Part shown: piece by piece, positions 39,834 to 50,637 of the stretch | How the letters are laid out: each line of letters begins with the position of its first letter | Numbering within the stretch: position 1 is the stretch's first letter | Source of the DNA: Lactobacillaceae bacterium | GTDB lineage: Bacteria > Pseudomonadota > Alphaproteobacteria > RF32 > CAG-239 | Direction of reading: 5' to 3' | Length of the DNA: 64,000 bases | Assembly: GCA_031271345.1 (NCBI GenBank) | Contig: JAISVX010000003.1 | Span: 437,223-501,222 of the forward strand | Made by a program: the position numbers and the translations under genes | The notes under the pieces: model-generated | What the model saw: only the letters and a program-made list of their open reading frames with translations | Databases searched by the model: none | Told to the model about the DNA's origin: nothing

Positions 39834-40946
39834 TTAGTACACCTTTTCAACGTGGTCGGAGCGAACTTTATAAATGCCGTAGTTTATATCATCCTGCGGC
39901 GCACCGTTGTTAAACATAACCTCCCCCCATGTTGTTTCAAACTTGCTGGTTTCAAGTTCTTTTGCAAGCTTGTCATAATCAAACGACTTCGCCTTGGCAA
40001 CTAAATCTCCCCACAGTTTAACCGCCGTATAGCTGTACACGGACAAACCTTCCGGCTCGATACCCAGCAGGCGGAGCTTTACCAGTTCTTCCGTAAAAGA
40101 CGGATTATCCGTTAATGACGGGAGGGCTATCATATATGAGTCTTCGGCAATTTTACCCAAAGCCTCGTTATATTCATCAACCAGTTGATATTTATTTGTA
40201 AAGATTACAAAATTTTTATTTTTTTCTTTCAAGTCGCGAAAAGCTTCCGTTACTTTTTCGGAACCGCCCAAAATATATGCAAGCCTGGCGCCGCTCTCAA
40301 TGACGGCGTCCGTAAGCGCGTCGGCATTTTTATATCTGTTATAATCAAAGGATTTGAGCCTGTCCGACATTTTTTCTTTAACAAACTCCGCCTGAATTGT
40401 CGCCGCTATATCAACAATGTCCCTGTCATTACTGTCATAAATGATGGCAACCATTTTATCCGAATAATTTTCCTGAGAAAAATTGTAAAAGTCTTTGCCC
40501 TGCCGCTCTTTGCTTCCGACCAGTTTTACCAAGCCTTTATGGCTGTGCTTGTAGTTGTTAACGCCCATTGTTGTCGGAATAATCTGAAATATTTTTGCTT
40601 TTGCATATATGTCCGCAATCTCCTCAAAGCTATTTGAACAATATGGTCCGATTACCAAAGACACTTTGTCGTCCTTTGACGAGTTAACCGCCATCATCTG
40701 GGCTGTAGAAACCGATAATGTATCATCGCAAGGGTCGTCAATGCTTATAAGATTAATTCTCTCTCCCTGCAGACCGCCGTTGTTATTAATGTCATCCACG
40801 GCAATCTCTGTGCCTTTAATAAGCTCGGCGCCAAGCTTTTCATATCTGCCTTCCTTAGGGGTCATGATAACGACATTAACATCAGCGAATGCTAATGTAT
40901 TGACAAAAAACATTGATACAAAAAAAATAATGAACCTTTTACACAT
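39834..40946 (-). CDS. Periplasmic branched-chain amino-acid-binding protein (LivJ/LivK-like, PBP type 1), orphan
   Basis: 370 aa. Signal peptide, then VVIMTPKEGRYEKLGAELIKGTEIAVDDINNNGG...GPYCS, which follows the ANF-receptor/LivK family pattern. No transporter genes are adjacent. Confidence 0.65.
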   Translation of the reverse strand: MCKRFIIFFVSMFFVNTLAFADVNVVIMTPKEGRYEKLGAELIKGTEIAVDDINNNGGLQGERINLISIDDPCDDTLSVSTAQMMAVNSSKDDKVSLVIGPYCSNSFEEIADIYAKAKIFQIIPTTMGVNNYKHSHKGLVKLVGSKERQGKDFYNFSQENYSDKMVAIIYDSNDRDIVDIAATIQAEFVKEKMSDRLKSFDYNRYKNADALTDAVIESGARLAYILGGSEKVTEAFRDLKEKNKNFVIFTNKYQLVDEYNEALGKIAEDSYMIALPSLTDNPSFTEELVKLRLLGIEPEGLSVYSYTAVKLWGDLVAKAKSFDYDKLAKELETSKFETTWGEVMFNNGAPQDDINYGIYKVRSDHVEKVY

Positions 40947-41116
40947 ATAGTCCCCTTCATATAATGGTTTGTAATTATAAACTTAATATTTTAAAATACA
41001 ATTGTTTTATCCGTAGCCTTTTATTAAATTGACAAAAAAACTTTTAAATTATAAAGTTTTAGACAAGAGTTATTTTTGTTAAATTAAATTCACCAAATTT
41101 CATTTATATATATGCC

Positions 41117-41362
41117 ATGAAAACTATCAAAGATGAGGTTATCGACTGCGTCGGCTTCTGGGCATCTGCCAGTCTCGGACACCCGACCTCCAGACACGAC
41201 CTTCGCCACGATTTAAACCTTTCTGAAGTACAGATTGGGGACATCGTCTCGATGGTTAAAAGAAGGCTTGGCATCTTGATAAATGACAACGAGTTCCGAG
41301 TTATCGAAACCGTTGGAGACATTATCAGGATTGCGGAAGAGAAAAAAGCGGCAAAAGCTTGA
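41117..41362 (+). CDS. Acyl-carrier-protein-like small protein (PP-binding-like); weak ribosome-binding site
   Basis: 81 aa. DLNLSEVQIGDIVSMVKRRLGI...ETVGDIIRI resembles the ACP helix II/III pattern D-S-L...E...TVGD, with a Ser in place of the DSL serine. Confidence 0.4.
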   Translation: MKTIKDEVIDCVGFWASASLGHPTSRHDLRHDLNLSEVQIGDIVSMVKRRLGILINDNEFRVIETVGDIIRIAEEKKAAKA

Positions 41363-41427
41363 ATTAAGCAAATCCTACCCCTGGAGCATCCGTAATGGAT
41401 GCTCTTTGTATTTTAAACAATGCCCGT

Positions 41428-41442
41428 GTTCTTATTTTGTTT
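41428..41442. promoter_or_regulatory. Candidate LexA (SOS) box upstream of uvrA
   Basis: GTTCTTATTTTGTTT fits GTTC-N7-GTTt, which matches the alphaproteobacterial LexA consensus GTTC-N7-GTTC. It lies about 70 nt upstream of the uvrA ATG. Confidence 0.35.
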
Positions 41443-41510
41443 CATTTTAAATATTGATTTTAAACAAACAAATCACTATATTAATGCGAGTACCATTTAA
41501 GGAAACGGAT

Positions 41511-44324
41511 ATGAGCGGCAAAATTGAAATTAAAGGCGCAAGAGAGCATAATCTAAAAAATATTGATATAAGCATCCCCAAAAACAAATTAGTTGTCTTA
41601 ACGGGACTTTCCGGCTCTGGAAAATCATCATTGGCATTTGATACAATATATGCCGAAGGACAGCGCAGATACGTTGAAAGCCTCTCGTCTTATGCGAGAC
41701 AATTTTTGGATCTTACCAAAAAACCAGACGTAGATTCTATAGAAGGGTTGTCGCCGGCGATTTCTATCGAGCAGAAAACAACCTCGCATAATCCTCGTTC
41801 AATTGTCGGCACCGTAACAGAAATATACGACTACATGAGACTTCTCTGGGCAAGGGTCGGAACTCCGTATTCGCCGGTTACAGGGCTGCCTATTGAATCT
41901 CAAACCGTATCCCAAATCGTGGACAGGATTTTAGAATATCCAGAAGGAACGAAGCTTTTATTGCTTGCGCCAGTCGCACGCGGCAAAAAAGGCGAATTCA
42001 GAAAAGAATTTGACAGCCTGCGCCGCCAAGGTTATCAGCGCATAAAAGTCGATGGCAAAATTTATGACGCGGAAGATTTAGCCGATTTAAACCTAAACAA
42101 AAACATCAAACATGATATTGAAGTTGTAATTGACCGCATTATTGTCAAACAAGAAATTGAATCAAGACTGGCACAGTCTGTGGAAACAGCGCTAAAACTC
42201 GGCGACGGACTAATTTATACCGAAGATATGGATAACGCCGCAAGAGAAACATATTCTTCAAAATTTGCCTGCCCTGTCTGCGGCTTTACGATTGAAGAAA
42301 TCGAACCCCGCTTATTTTCTTTTAACAGCCCCCACGGCGCCTGCCCGCACTGCGACGGTATCGGCGCAAAACTTTATATGAACCCGGAGCTTATTGTTCC
42401 AAATGAAAACCTTTCAATTGCTCAGGGCGCTGTTGCCGCATGGAGTTCTAACAGCACCTCTTTTTATGCTCAGGCCCTAAACTCGTTGGCGCAGTATTTG
42501 AACATATCGACGAAAACACCATGGAAAGACCTGCCGCAAAGAGCCAGAGACGTGATTTTATATGGTTCCGGCAATGTTTCAATTCCAATGTACTATTCAA
42601 AATTTATGACTGACAAACCGTTTGAAGGAGTTGTAAATAATCTTGAGCGCAAGTTTTTAGAAACAGATTCACCAATGATGCGTGAAGAATACGCAAAGTT
42701 TCAAAGTGCGGCTCCCTGCGACTTCTGCCATGGCAAAAGATTAAAACCCGAAGCCTTAGCCGTTAAAATTGCAAAAATGGATATTATGGATGTCTGTGAA
42801 ATGTCCATTGAAAAAGCTCTCGAATGGTTTTCTAAAGTAACGGAGCAGTTATCCCCTAAAAAATCTGAAATTGCCGATAAAATTTTAAAAGAAATCATCG
42901 AAAGATTAACATTCTTAAACAACGTGGGTCTAAGCTATTTAACGTTATCCCGCCAGGCCGGAAGTTTGTCTGGAGGCGAGGCTCAAAGGATCAGACTGGC
43001 GTCGCAGATAGGTTCTGGCTTGACCGGCGTTTTATATGTTTTGGACGAGCCGTCAATCGGGCTGCACCAAAGAGATAACGACAAGCTTTTGGAAACATTG
43101 ACAAAGCTTCGCGACATCGGAAACTCTGTTATTGTCGTCGAACATGACGAAGACGCCATAAGAGCCGCTGACTTCCTAATTGATATTGGACCCCGCGCAG
43201 GCGTAAACGGCGGAGAGATTGTCGCCCAGGGAAGCGTCGAGGATGTGCTGAAAAACAAAAACAGCATAACCGCCCAATATTTAACAGGCGAAAAAAAAAT
43301 TGCCCTGCCGTTAATACGTCGAAAAGGAAACGGCAAATTTGTTGAAATTAAAGGCGCAAAAACCAACAATCTTAAAAATGTCGACGTCAAATTCCCTCTT
43401 GGAACCATGACCTGCGTCACTGGCGTTTCCGGAAGCGGAAAATCATCTCTGGTTTTAGAAACCCTTTACAAAGCTCTGGACAAAGAAATCAATGGCAGCC
43501 GCGAACTCGGAGGCATTTATGACAAAATTATCGGCGCGGGAAATATTGATAAAATAATCGATATTGACCAGTCTCCAATCGGCAGAACCCCGCGTTCAAA
43601 TCCCGCGACTTACACAGGATTATTCACATATATCAGAGACTGGTTCGCTGGTCTGCCCGAATCAAAAGCCCGCGGATACAGCGCGAGCCGTTTTTCTTTC
43701 AACGTTGCGGGCGGCAGGTGCGAAGCCTGCAAAGGCGACGGCGTTACCAAAATTGAAATGCACTTTATGTCAGATGTTTATGTTCAGTGCGATGTATGTA
43801 AAGGCAAAAGATTTAACCGCGAAACACTGGAAGTAAAATATAAAGACAAATCCATTGCCGATGTTCTAGATATGACAATTGACGAGGCATACAGATTTTT
43901 TGAAGCAATCCCGTCCATCCGCAACAGGCTTGACTTGCTGCACCGCGTCGGTCTCGGATACATTACGATAGGTCAGCAGGCTCCCACTCTTTCCGGCGGC
44001 GAGGCCCAAAGAATTAAACTGTCGAAAGAGCTTTCAAAAAGAGCGACCGGCAAAACTCTCTACATTTTAGATGAACCAACGACAGGGCTTCACTTTGAAG
44101 ATATAAACAATCTTCTAAAAGTTTTGCAGGATTTGGTCGACAAAGGCAACAGCATAATAATTATCGAGCATAATCTTGATGTTATAAAGGTTGCCGATTA
44201 CATTATCGACATCGGTCCCGAAGGCGGAGCCGCGGGCGGACAGATTATAGCTTTCGGCACTCCCGAAGAAATAGTGAAATCAAAGAAAAGCTATACGGCA
44301 AAATACTTAAAAAACAAACTATAA
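41511..44324 (+). CDS. uvrA: Excinuclease ABC subunit A
   Basis: Start at the ATG at 41511, with an AAGGA ribosome-binding site. Two ABC ATPase modules are present (GLSGSGKSS twice, LSGGEAQR twice) together with CxxC zinc-finger motifs. Confidence 0.95.
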   Translation: MSGKIEIKGAREHNLKNIDISIPKNKLVVLTGLSGSGKSSLAFDTIYAEGQRRYVESLSSYARQFLDLTKKPDVDSIEGLSPAISIEQKTTSHNPRSIVGTVTEIYDYMRLLWARVGTPYSPVTGLPIESQTVSQIVDRILEYPEGTKLLLLAPVARGKKGEFRKEFDSLRRQGYQRIKVDGKIYDAEDLADLNLNKNIKHDIEVVIDRIIVKQEIESRLAQSVETALKLGDGLIYTEDMDNAARETYSSKFACPVCGFTIEEIEPRLFSFNSPHGACPHCDGIGAKLYMNPELIVPNENLSIAQGAVAAWSSNSTSFYAQALNSLAQYLNISTKTPWKDLPQRARDVILYGSGNVSIPMYYSKFMTDKPFEGVVNNLERKFLETDSPMMREEYAKFQSAAPCDFCHGKRLKPEALAVKIAKMDIMDVCEMSIEKALEWFSKVTEQLSPKKSEIADKILKEIIERLTFLNNVGLSYLTLSRQAGSLSGGEAQRIRLASQIGSGLTGVLYVLDEPSIGLHQRDNDKLLETLTKLRDIGNSVIVVEHDEDAIRAADFLIDIGPRAGVNGGEIVAQGSVEDVLKNKNSITAQYLTGEKKIALPLIRRKGNGKFVEIKGAKTNNLKNVDVKFPLGTMTCVTGVSGSGKSSLVLETLYKALDKEINGSRELGGIYDKIIGAGNIDKIIDIDQSPIGRTPRSNPATYTGLFTYIRDWFAGLPESKARGYSASRFSFNVAGGRCEACKGDGVTKIEMHFMSDVYVQCDVCKGKRFNRETLEVKYKDKSIADVLDMTIDEAYRFFEAIPSIRNRLDLLHRVGLGYITIGQQAPTLSGGEAQRIKLSKELSKRATGKTLYILDEPTTGLHFEDINNLLKVLQDLVDKGNSIIIIEHNLDVIKVADYIIDIGPEGGAAGGQIIAFGTPEEIVKSKKSYTAKYLKNKL

Positions 44325-44335
44325 TTGACAAAACG

Positions 44336-44521
44336 ATGAAAGCCCAATTCGGCGAAGTCGTTCAAGAATGCGTGAAGGAATGGTCGTCTCTTGAAAAAGA
44401 CGGAACAAAGAAAGCCTATGACGAAGAGTTTCTTAATTTCGTAAAACAGCGCTACAACGAAAAGTACGGAGACCAGGACATCGATATCGCCAACATGACT
44501 ATCGAAGTTCAACCATCCTAA
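44336..44521 (+). CDS. Small hypothetical protein (61 aa); weak ribosome-binding site
   Basis: MKAQFGEVVQECVKEWSSLEKDGTKKAYDEEFLNFVKQRYNEKYGDQDIDIANMTIEVQPS. A terminator follows. Confidence 0.3.
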   Translation: MKAQFGEVVQECVKEWSSLEKDGTKKAYDEEFLNFVKQRYNEKYGDQDIDIANMTIEVQPS

Positions 44522-44545
44522 AAATAGTTGCCGGCACATTTAAGT

Positions 44546-44582
44546 AAAAAAAGGTTATCAGATCGGATAACCTCTTTTTTTG
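44546..44582. terminator. Bidirectional rho-independent terminator
   Basis: aggttatc/agatcg/gataacct hairpin with an A-run before and a T8 run after. It sits between convergent genes. Confidence 0.5.
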
Positions 44583-44587
44583 CTATA

Positions 44588-46045
44588 TTAACCCAACTTC
44601 TCCGCAACCATCTTATTGACAACCGCTGGATTTGCCTTGCCTTGCGTTCTTTTTAGAACCTGCCCGACAAAAAAACCTAAAAGATTGTTTCTTCCGCCTT
44701 TATAAGCGGCAGCCTCATTTGGATGGTTTATAATCAACTCGTCAATTATCGCATTGATTGCGGCAACGTCTGTTTCCTGTTTAAGACCTTTTTCCTCAAC
44801 GATTTTTTCCGGGCTTTCGCCAGTCTCTGACATAATCTCAAACACTTCTTTTGCTATTTTCCCGGAGATTACGTCTTTCGAAATTAAGTCGACTAGTTTT
44901 CCTAAATCTTCCGGCTTAACAGGGCTGTTTTTAATCTCCAGTCCTTTTTTATTCAGCATTCCAAAAAAATCTCCGATAAGCCAGTTTGCAACTTTCTTTG
45001 CGTCAACTCCTCTGGCGGCGGTCTCAAAAAAATCCGCAACTTCCCTGCTCTCGCAAATAACCTTGGCATCATAAGGCGTTAAACCAAGCTCTTCAATAAG
45101 ACGTTTTTTCTTGACATCTGGAAGCTCCGGCATTTCTTTTTTGATATTTTCAACAAATTTATCATCAAGAACCAACGGCAGCAAATCCGGCTCGGGAAAA
45201 TATCTGTAATCATGAGCAAATTCTTTTTTCCTCATTTTCTTTGTCACTCCCGCGACAGGGTCAAAATGACGGGTTTCCTGCTCGATTGTTCCGCCGTTTT
45301 CATAAACTTCAACCTGCCTTTTGGCTTCGGCTTCAATCGCCTGCATAACAAATCTGACGCTGTTGACGTTTTTCATTTCACAGCGGGTTCTAAACTCGCT
45401 GGAACCAAAAGGGCGAACCGAAACATTGACATCGCAGCGCATTGAGCCTTCATCCATATTACCGTCGCAGGTACCAAGATAACGCACTATTGAGCGAAGT
45501 TTGTAAAGATACGCGCCAGCCTCTTCCGGGCTGCGAAAATCGGGCTTGCTCACAATCTCCATCAAACCAACTCCAGCCCTGTTAAAATCAATAAACGTTT
45601 TATCCGGGTCAATATCATGGATTGATTTTCCAGCGTCTTGTTCAATATGCAGACGCTCTATGCCGATTTCTTTTGCCGCGCCGTCATCCAAATCAATTGT
45701 AATGCCGCCCTCTCCGACAATTGGATATTCAAACTGGCTTATCTGGTATCCTAATGGCAAATCCGCATAAAAATAGTTCTTACGCGCAAATTCCGAATAG
45801 TTATTAATCTTCGCGTTCAAGCCAAGACCTGTTTTTACCGCCTGCTTAACGCACATTTCATTTAATGTCGGAAGCAGACCGGGCATGCCGGCGTCTAAAA
45901 ACGCGACATTATTATTCGGCATATCGCCAAAATTTGTTGATGCGCCGCTAAAAATTTTGGAGTTGGAAATTATTTGGCAGTGAACTTCCAAACCGCAAAC
46001 TACTTCCCATTCGCCTTTTTTAGTTTTTATAATATATTCCGCCAT
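44588..46045 (-). CDS. gatB: Asp/Glu-tRNA amidotransferase subunit B
   Basis: 485 aa, with the characteristic GatB N-terminus [25 protein letters not shown]. Confidence 0.9.
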   Translation of the reverse strand: MAEYIIKTKKGEWEVVCGLEVHCQIISNSKIFSGASTNFGDMPNNNVAFLDAGMPGLLPTLNEMCVKQAVKTGLGLNAKINNYSEFARKNYFYADLPLGYQISQFEYPIVGEGGITIDLDDGAAKEIGIERLHIEQDAGKSIHDIDPDKTFIDFNRAGVGLMEIVSKPDFRSPEEAGAYLYKLRSIVRYLGTCDGNMDEGSMRCDVNVSVRPFGSSEFRTRCEMKNVNSVRFVMQAIEAEAKRQVEVYENGGTIEQETRHFDPVAGVTKKMRKKEFAHDYRYFPEPDLLPLVLDDKFVENIKKEMPELPDVKKKRLIEELGLTPYDAKVICESREVADFFETAARGVDAKKVANWLIGDFFGMLNKKGLEIKNSPVKPEDLGKLVDLISKDVISGKIAKEVFEIMSETGESPEKIVEEKGLKQETDVAAINAIIDELIINHPNEAAAYKGGRNNLLGFFVGQVLKRTQGKANPAVVNKMVAEKLG

Positions 46046-46047
46046 TT

Positions 46048-47502
46048 TTACTTCCTCGCAAACTTAACATCTGTTTCCAACGCATGAGCGGCTTTGAGAA
46101 CGGTTCCCTCGTCAAAAGGCTTGCCGATAAGCTGCAAACCCAAAGGAAGACCATTGGAAGACAGCCCTATCGGCAGGCTCATAGCCGGAAGACCAGCCAA
46201 ACTTGCGGGAATGGTGAATATATCGTTCAAATACATATTTACCGGGTCTTCGCTCATAGACTTATCGCCAATCTTAAAAGCCGCTGTCGGAGCCGTCGGA
46301 GTTAAAATAACATCGCATTTCTTAAAAGCATTGATAAAATCTTCTTTAATCAGACGGCGGACTTTCTGCGCCTGCAGATAATAAGCGTCATAATATCCGC
46401 TGGAAAGAACATAAGTTCCAATCATAATACGCCTCTTAACTTCCCTGCCAAACCCTTTTGTACGAGTATTGATATAAAGATTATCCAGACTGTCGCCGTT
46501 CTCTCGAAGCCCGTATCTTACGCCGTCATATCTAGCCAGATTTGAAGAAGCTTCCGCCGGAGCCACCGTATAATATGCGGCAAGAGCATATTTTGTGTGG
46601 GGAAGCGAAATCTCGACAACCTCCGCGCCTCTTGCTTTTAACATTTCAATTCCCATATCCCAATACTTAGATATTTCCTCGTTCAAGCCATGAGGTCTGT
46701 ATTCTTTGGGAATTCCGATTTTAAGCCCCTTAACATCCTGGGTTAAAAAGCTTTCAAAATTTGGAACCTCTGCCTTTGCCGAAGTTGCGTCTTTATTATC
46801 ATAGCCGGATATAACGCTTAAAAGAATTGCGTTGTCTCTTACATCTTTGCCAAAAATTCCCGCCTGGTCCAAAGACGAAGCAAACGCGACCATGCCATAA
46901 CGCGAGCAGCGTCCATAAGTCGGCTTTATGCCCGTTATGCCGCAATATGCGGAAGGCTGGCGGATGGACCCGCCCGTATCGCTTCCTGTCGCACCAGCGC
47001 AGATATTTGCGGCAACAGCTGCCGCAGAACCGCCGGACGAACCTCCGGGAACAAATTTTTCTTCTTCTTTCCATGGGTTTACAACCGGACCGAAACAACT
47101 TGTTTCATTGCTTGAACCCATAGCAAACTCGTCCATATTGGTTTTGCCTAAAAATGCCGCTCCGCCGTCCAGAAGCTTTTGGGTAACCGTAGATTCATAT
47201 TCCGGCACAAAATTTGATAATATCTTTGAGCATGCAGTAGTGCGAACACCCTTGGTGCAGAACAAATCTTTAATTCCTAAAGGCACGCCTTCAACCGCCC
47301 TCTCAGAACCGTTTGCATATCTTTTATCGGAGGCTTTTGCCTGTTCCAAGGCTGTTTCTGTAGTTTCAAGAACATAAGCGTTTAGTCCGCGCCTTTTTTC
47401 CATCTCTTTAATATAGGATGACGCAAGTTCGACACAGGAAAATTCTTTTCTTTTCAGACCTTTTAATGCTTCGGCTATTGTCAATTCGTTAAGTTTGCTC
47501 AT
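46048..47502 (-). CDS. gatA: Asp/Glu-tRNA amidotransferase subunit A (amidase signature family)
   Basis: 484 aa. The [12 protein letters not shown] amidase signature is present. Confidence 0.9.
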   Translation of the reverse strand: MSKLNELTIAEALKGLKRKEFSCVELASSYIKEMEKRRGLNAYVLETTETALEQAKASDKRYANGSERAVEGVPLGIKDLFCTKGVRTTACSKILSNFVPEYESTVTQKLLDGGAAFLGKTNMDEFAMGSSNETSCFGPVVNPWKEEEKFVPGGSSGGSAAAVAANICAGATGSDTGGSIRQPSAYCGITGIKPTYGRCSRYGMVAFASSLDQAGIFGKDVRDNAILLSVISGYDNKDATSAKAEVPNFESFLTQDVKGLKIGIPKEYRPHGLNEEISKYWDMGIEMLKARGAEVVEISLPHTKYALAAYYTVAPAEASSNLARYDGVRYGLRENGDSLDNLYINTRTKGFGREVKRRIMIGTYVLSSGYYDAYYLQAQKVRRLIKEDFINAFKKCDVILTPTAPTAAFKIGDKSMSEDPVNMYLNDIFTIPASLAGLPAMSLPIGLSSNGLPLGLQLIGKPFDEGTVLKAAHALETDVKFARK

Positions 47503-47517
47503 TTTTTTTCTTTCTTA

Positions 47518-47802
47518 TTATTCAACAACTTTTGGCACAACAAAATATCCAAACTCTTTTGCCGGGGCGTTAGATAAAATCTTTTCAGCGTCTCCGCCTT
47601 CCATAACTTTATCTTCGCGACAGATTAAATTATTATCATTTACCGAAACCAAAGGAGCGGCATTCTTAGTATCAACTTCGCTAAACTGTTCAATTAAACC
47701 CAAAATATTTTCAAAGTCATTTTTGGTGTTTTCAAAATCTTCATCAACGTTTAAGCGCGATAAAAATGCTATCTTTTTTACTGTTTCATTATCTACTTTC
47801 AT
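47518..47802 (-). CDS. gatC: Asp/Glu-tRNA amidotransferase subunit C
   Basis: 94 aa. Its length is typical and it lies upstream of gatA in the same operon. Confidence 0.8.
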   Translation of the reverse strand: MKVDNETVKKIAFLSRLNVDEDFENTKNDFENILGLIEQFSEVDTKNAAPLVSVNDNNLICREDKVMEGGDAEKILSNAPAKEFGYFVVPKVVE

Positions 47803-47812
47803 TTTTCCTCAC

Positions 47813-49627
47813 TCACATAGACAATTTAAATGGCGGCAATACCGCGTCATATTCCATTCTTTGCAGCAATTTATAATCTTCCAAGTCTACTCCCATGCTC
47901 TCAAATACTTCTGTCCCCTGAACCATGGATGTTTTGCCATTGATAAACTCGGCAAGTTTTTCCTGCATTGTTTTTTTCTTCGGATAATATATGACGCTGA
48001 CTATTGTGTCAATCTCGGCAAGAGCAGCAGCTTTTGTAACCGCCGCATCAATTCCGCCAATATCATCAATTAAATTAAGCTCTTTTGCCTCTATGCCGGT
48101 CCAAACTCTTCCGCGCGCAATGCCGTCAAGTTTTTTCAAATCAATACCTCTTGCTTTTGCAACCTTTGACGTAAAGTCAGTATAAACATTGTCTAAAGAC
48201 TTATTAAAAGCTTTTCTTTCGCTGGCTGAAAACTTTCTGGCAGAGCTAAAAGCGCCTGAATTTAGCCCGATATTTATGCTCTCCCAGTTAACGCCCAGCT
48301 TATTCCACAAACCAGCCAAAACCATCTTTCCGCCAAGAACCCCTATCGAGCCGGTTATAGTGCTGCTTTCCGCGTATACATAATCCCCTGAGAGAGCGAC
48401 AAAATATCCGCCCGAAGCCGCATAATTTGACATGGAAACAACGACCGGCATTTGTCTTTTGGATTTCAAATTATTTATTGCCGCCCAAATTTCATTAGAA
48501 GCGTTATAGCTTCCTCCAGGGCTGTTTATTCTTACAACTAAAGCCTTTATATTTTTATCTTTTTCAATATCTTTCAATTGTTCCAACACGGTCAGCGAAC
48601 CTATTATGTTTTCCTTAAAAGGTCTTGCCTCGCTCAAGCCGCCTTCAATTACGCCGTCCAAGACCAAAAACGCCACAAAATTCGCGTTTCTTTTACTTTC
48701 CGAGATTAAATTAGCGCTATAATCTTCTATCGAAACCGGCAGATTTTTCACTACGGACTTGCCGTCAGCATCCTCAAACGTCGTTCTAAAATATTGCGCG
48801 TCAATAAGCCCCTCGGTCTGAGCCTCATTTGCGGTTAACGGCGCCTTATCAATTATTTTTCTCAATTTTGCAATTTCAATATTTCTATCCGTGGAAATAT
48901 CCGCAAGAATCTGGTCAAAAATGCTGTTGGCCATTTTTTTAAGTTCCTGCCTGTGTTCTTTGGTCAGCTTATCATTAGTTAATGACGCCGCGCCGTTTTT
49001 ATACTCATATCTTGTATAAAACTCCGGCTCCACGCCGATTTTAGCCAGCAAACCTTTGAAAAACGGAACTTCCATGCTTAACCCGGTCATTCCAAAATCT
49101 GTATCGGGCTGCATAGCTATTTCGTTAAACGCGCTTGCCAGATAGTATGACTTGGTGCCGCCTGAAAAAGAGCCAAATCCCGTAGAAAACGCCATGGTCT
49201 TTTTGCCTTGAGATTCAAAATATTTTACCGCGTTCCTCAAATCCTGAACCTGAGCCAGCCCCAAATCCACCTCGGAGACATCGGCAGCCAGCATCCTGAC
49301 TCTGTCGTCATTAGCCGCAGAATATACCGCGTTAATCAAGTCATAGTAAGAAACAGACCTAATTCCCGCCATATCGGACACCAAATCGTCAACGCGCGTT
49401 TCATCATATATATTGGAGAAATTTATTGTCAAAACAGCTTTGGGAGGAATTGGTTTGATTGGAGCCGTATCTTTCTTCAACAATTCTATCAAAGAAAAAA
49501 TTATTATGACAAATAATACACCAAGTAATGCGAAAGCATATAAAAAAGATTTCAGCAGCAATTTTGCTGAAAATATTTTTCTTCTTAATTGTTTAATCTC
49601 TGGGAATTGCGTCTCATATTCTGTCAT
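47813..49627 (-). CDS. sppA: Signal peptide peptidase SppA (protease IV, 67K type with tandem S49 domains)
   Basis: 604 aa. N-terminal TM segment, then VVRINSPGGS and SGGYFVA...GSIGV in two ClpP/crotonase-like S49 repeats. Confidence 0.8.
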   Translation of the reverse strand: MTEYETQFPEIKQLRRKIFSAKLLLKSFLYAFALLGVLFVIIIFSLIELLKKDTAPIKPIPPKAVLTINFSNIYDETRVDDLVSDMAGIRSVSYYDLINAVYSAANDDRVRMLAADVSEVDLGLAQVQDLRNAVKYFESQGKKTMAFSTGFGSFSGGTKSYYLASAFNEIAMQPDTDFGMTGLSMEVPFFKGLLAKIGVEPEFYTRYEYKNGAASLTNDKLTKEHRQELKKMANSIFDQILADISTDRNIEIAKLRKIIDKAPLTANEAQTEGLIDAQYFRTTFEDADGKSVVKNLPVSIEDYSANLISESKRNANFVAFLVLDGVIEGGLSEARPFKENIIGSLTVLEQLKDIEKDKNIKALVVRINSPGGSYNASNEIWAAINNLKSKRQMPVVVSMSNYAASGGYFVALSGDYVYAESSTITGSIGVLGGKMVLAGLWNKLGVNWESINIGLNSGAFSSARKFSASERKAFNKSLDNVYTDFTSKVAKARGIDLKKLDGIARGRVWTGIEAKELNLIDDIGGIDAAVTKAAALAEIDTIVSVIYYPKKKTMQEKLAEFINGKTSMVQGTEVFESMGVDLEDYKLLQRMEYDAVLPPFKLSM

Positions 49628-49716
49628 AACTCGACCCTCTAAAATCGGACTAAGGCTGCTCTAAAATAAAGCAGCCTTTAATATAAAGTATAGCTTATAA
49701 AACTCAAGTTTAAATT

Positions 49717-50532
49717 TTATTCTCCGAGCATTTTGCCTGTCTCATGGACATTTTCCATATCAAGCATGGCAATCGCATGATAACCGGCGTCGACATGAAG
49801 ATTTTCGCCGGTAACGCCAAGACCCATAGGAGAAAGAAGAGCCAGAGCCATTGTGCCTACCTCGTCTTGAGTAACGTTTTTATGAAGAGGCGCATTCAAT
49901 TCGTTCCATCGGAGAATTTTTCTAAAATCACCGATACCAGACGCCGCCAATGTTTTGATAGGACCAGCCGAGATAGCGTTAACTCTGACATTTTGACGAC
50001 CTAAATCAACAGCCGCATATCTAACGGATGCTTCCAGCGCCGCCTTTGCAACGCCCATAATATTATAGTTTGGAAGAACCCTCTCCGCACCGAGATAAGT
50101 TAAAGTGACGATAGCGCCGCCTTCATTCATAATATCCGAAGCAAATTTGCATGTTTCCAGAAAAGAGAAACAAGAGATATGCATTGTGTTGGTAAAGTTT
50201 TCTAGAGTAGTGTCAATTGTTCTGCCTTTTAGCTGGTTTTTATCGGAGAAAGCAATCGCATGAACAACGAAATCAATTTTCCCCCATTTTTTGCCAAGTT
50301 CATCAAAACAAGCTTTCACGCTTTCTGAGCTTGTAACATCGCATTGGATAAGAGTTGGCTCAAAAGAAAGCTGTTCTGCCAAAGGAATAACTCTTTTTTC
50401 TAAAGCTTCGCCCTGATAAGAAATCGCGATTTGAGCGCCGGCTTTATCAAGAGCCTGAGCAATTCCCCACGCAATAGACTTGTCATTAGCCAAGCCCATA
50501 ATCAAACCTTTTTTGCCTTCCATAAGTTTCAT
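49717..50532 (-). CDS. fabI: Enoyl-[acyl-carrier-protein] reductase (NADH)
   Basis: 271 aa. GLANDKSIAWGIA is the Rossmann motif, and the Y-x6-K catalytic pair region is present. Confidence 0.85.
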   Translation of the reverse strand: MKLMEGKKGLIMGLANDKSIAWGIAQALDKAGAQIAISYQGEALEKRVIPLAEQLSFEPTLIQCDVTSSESVKACFDELGKKWGKIDFVVHAIAFSDKNQLKGRTIDTTLENFTNTMHISCFSFLETCKFASDIMNEGGAIVTLTYLGAERVLPNYNIMGVAKAALEASVRYAAVDLGRQNVRVNAISAGPIKTLAASGIGDFRKILRWNELNAPLHKNVTQDEVGTMALALLSPMGLGVTGENLHVDAGYHAIAMLDMENVHETGKMLGE

Positions 50533-50637
50533 ATTATATTCCTTTGCTTGTTCAAAACATATAAATTGTATTTATTATTTGAGTTTTATTTATATAATTA
50601 AATCTAATTTGTAAACCTTTTTTTGAGAGATATAAGA

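Noticed and set aside
49653-49678. Hairpin aaggctgct/ctaaaataa/agcagcctt between fabI and sppA
   Set aside because: No T-run follows on either strand, so it is not a convincing intrinsic terminator. It may be an RNA-processing or attenuator element, but the evidence is too thin.
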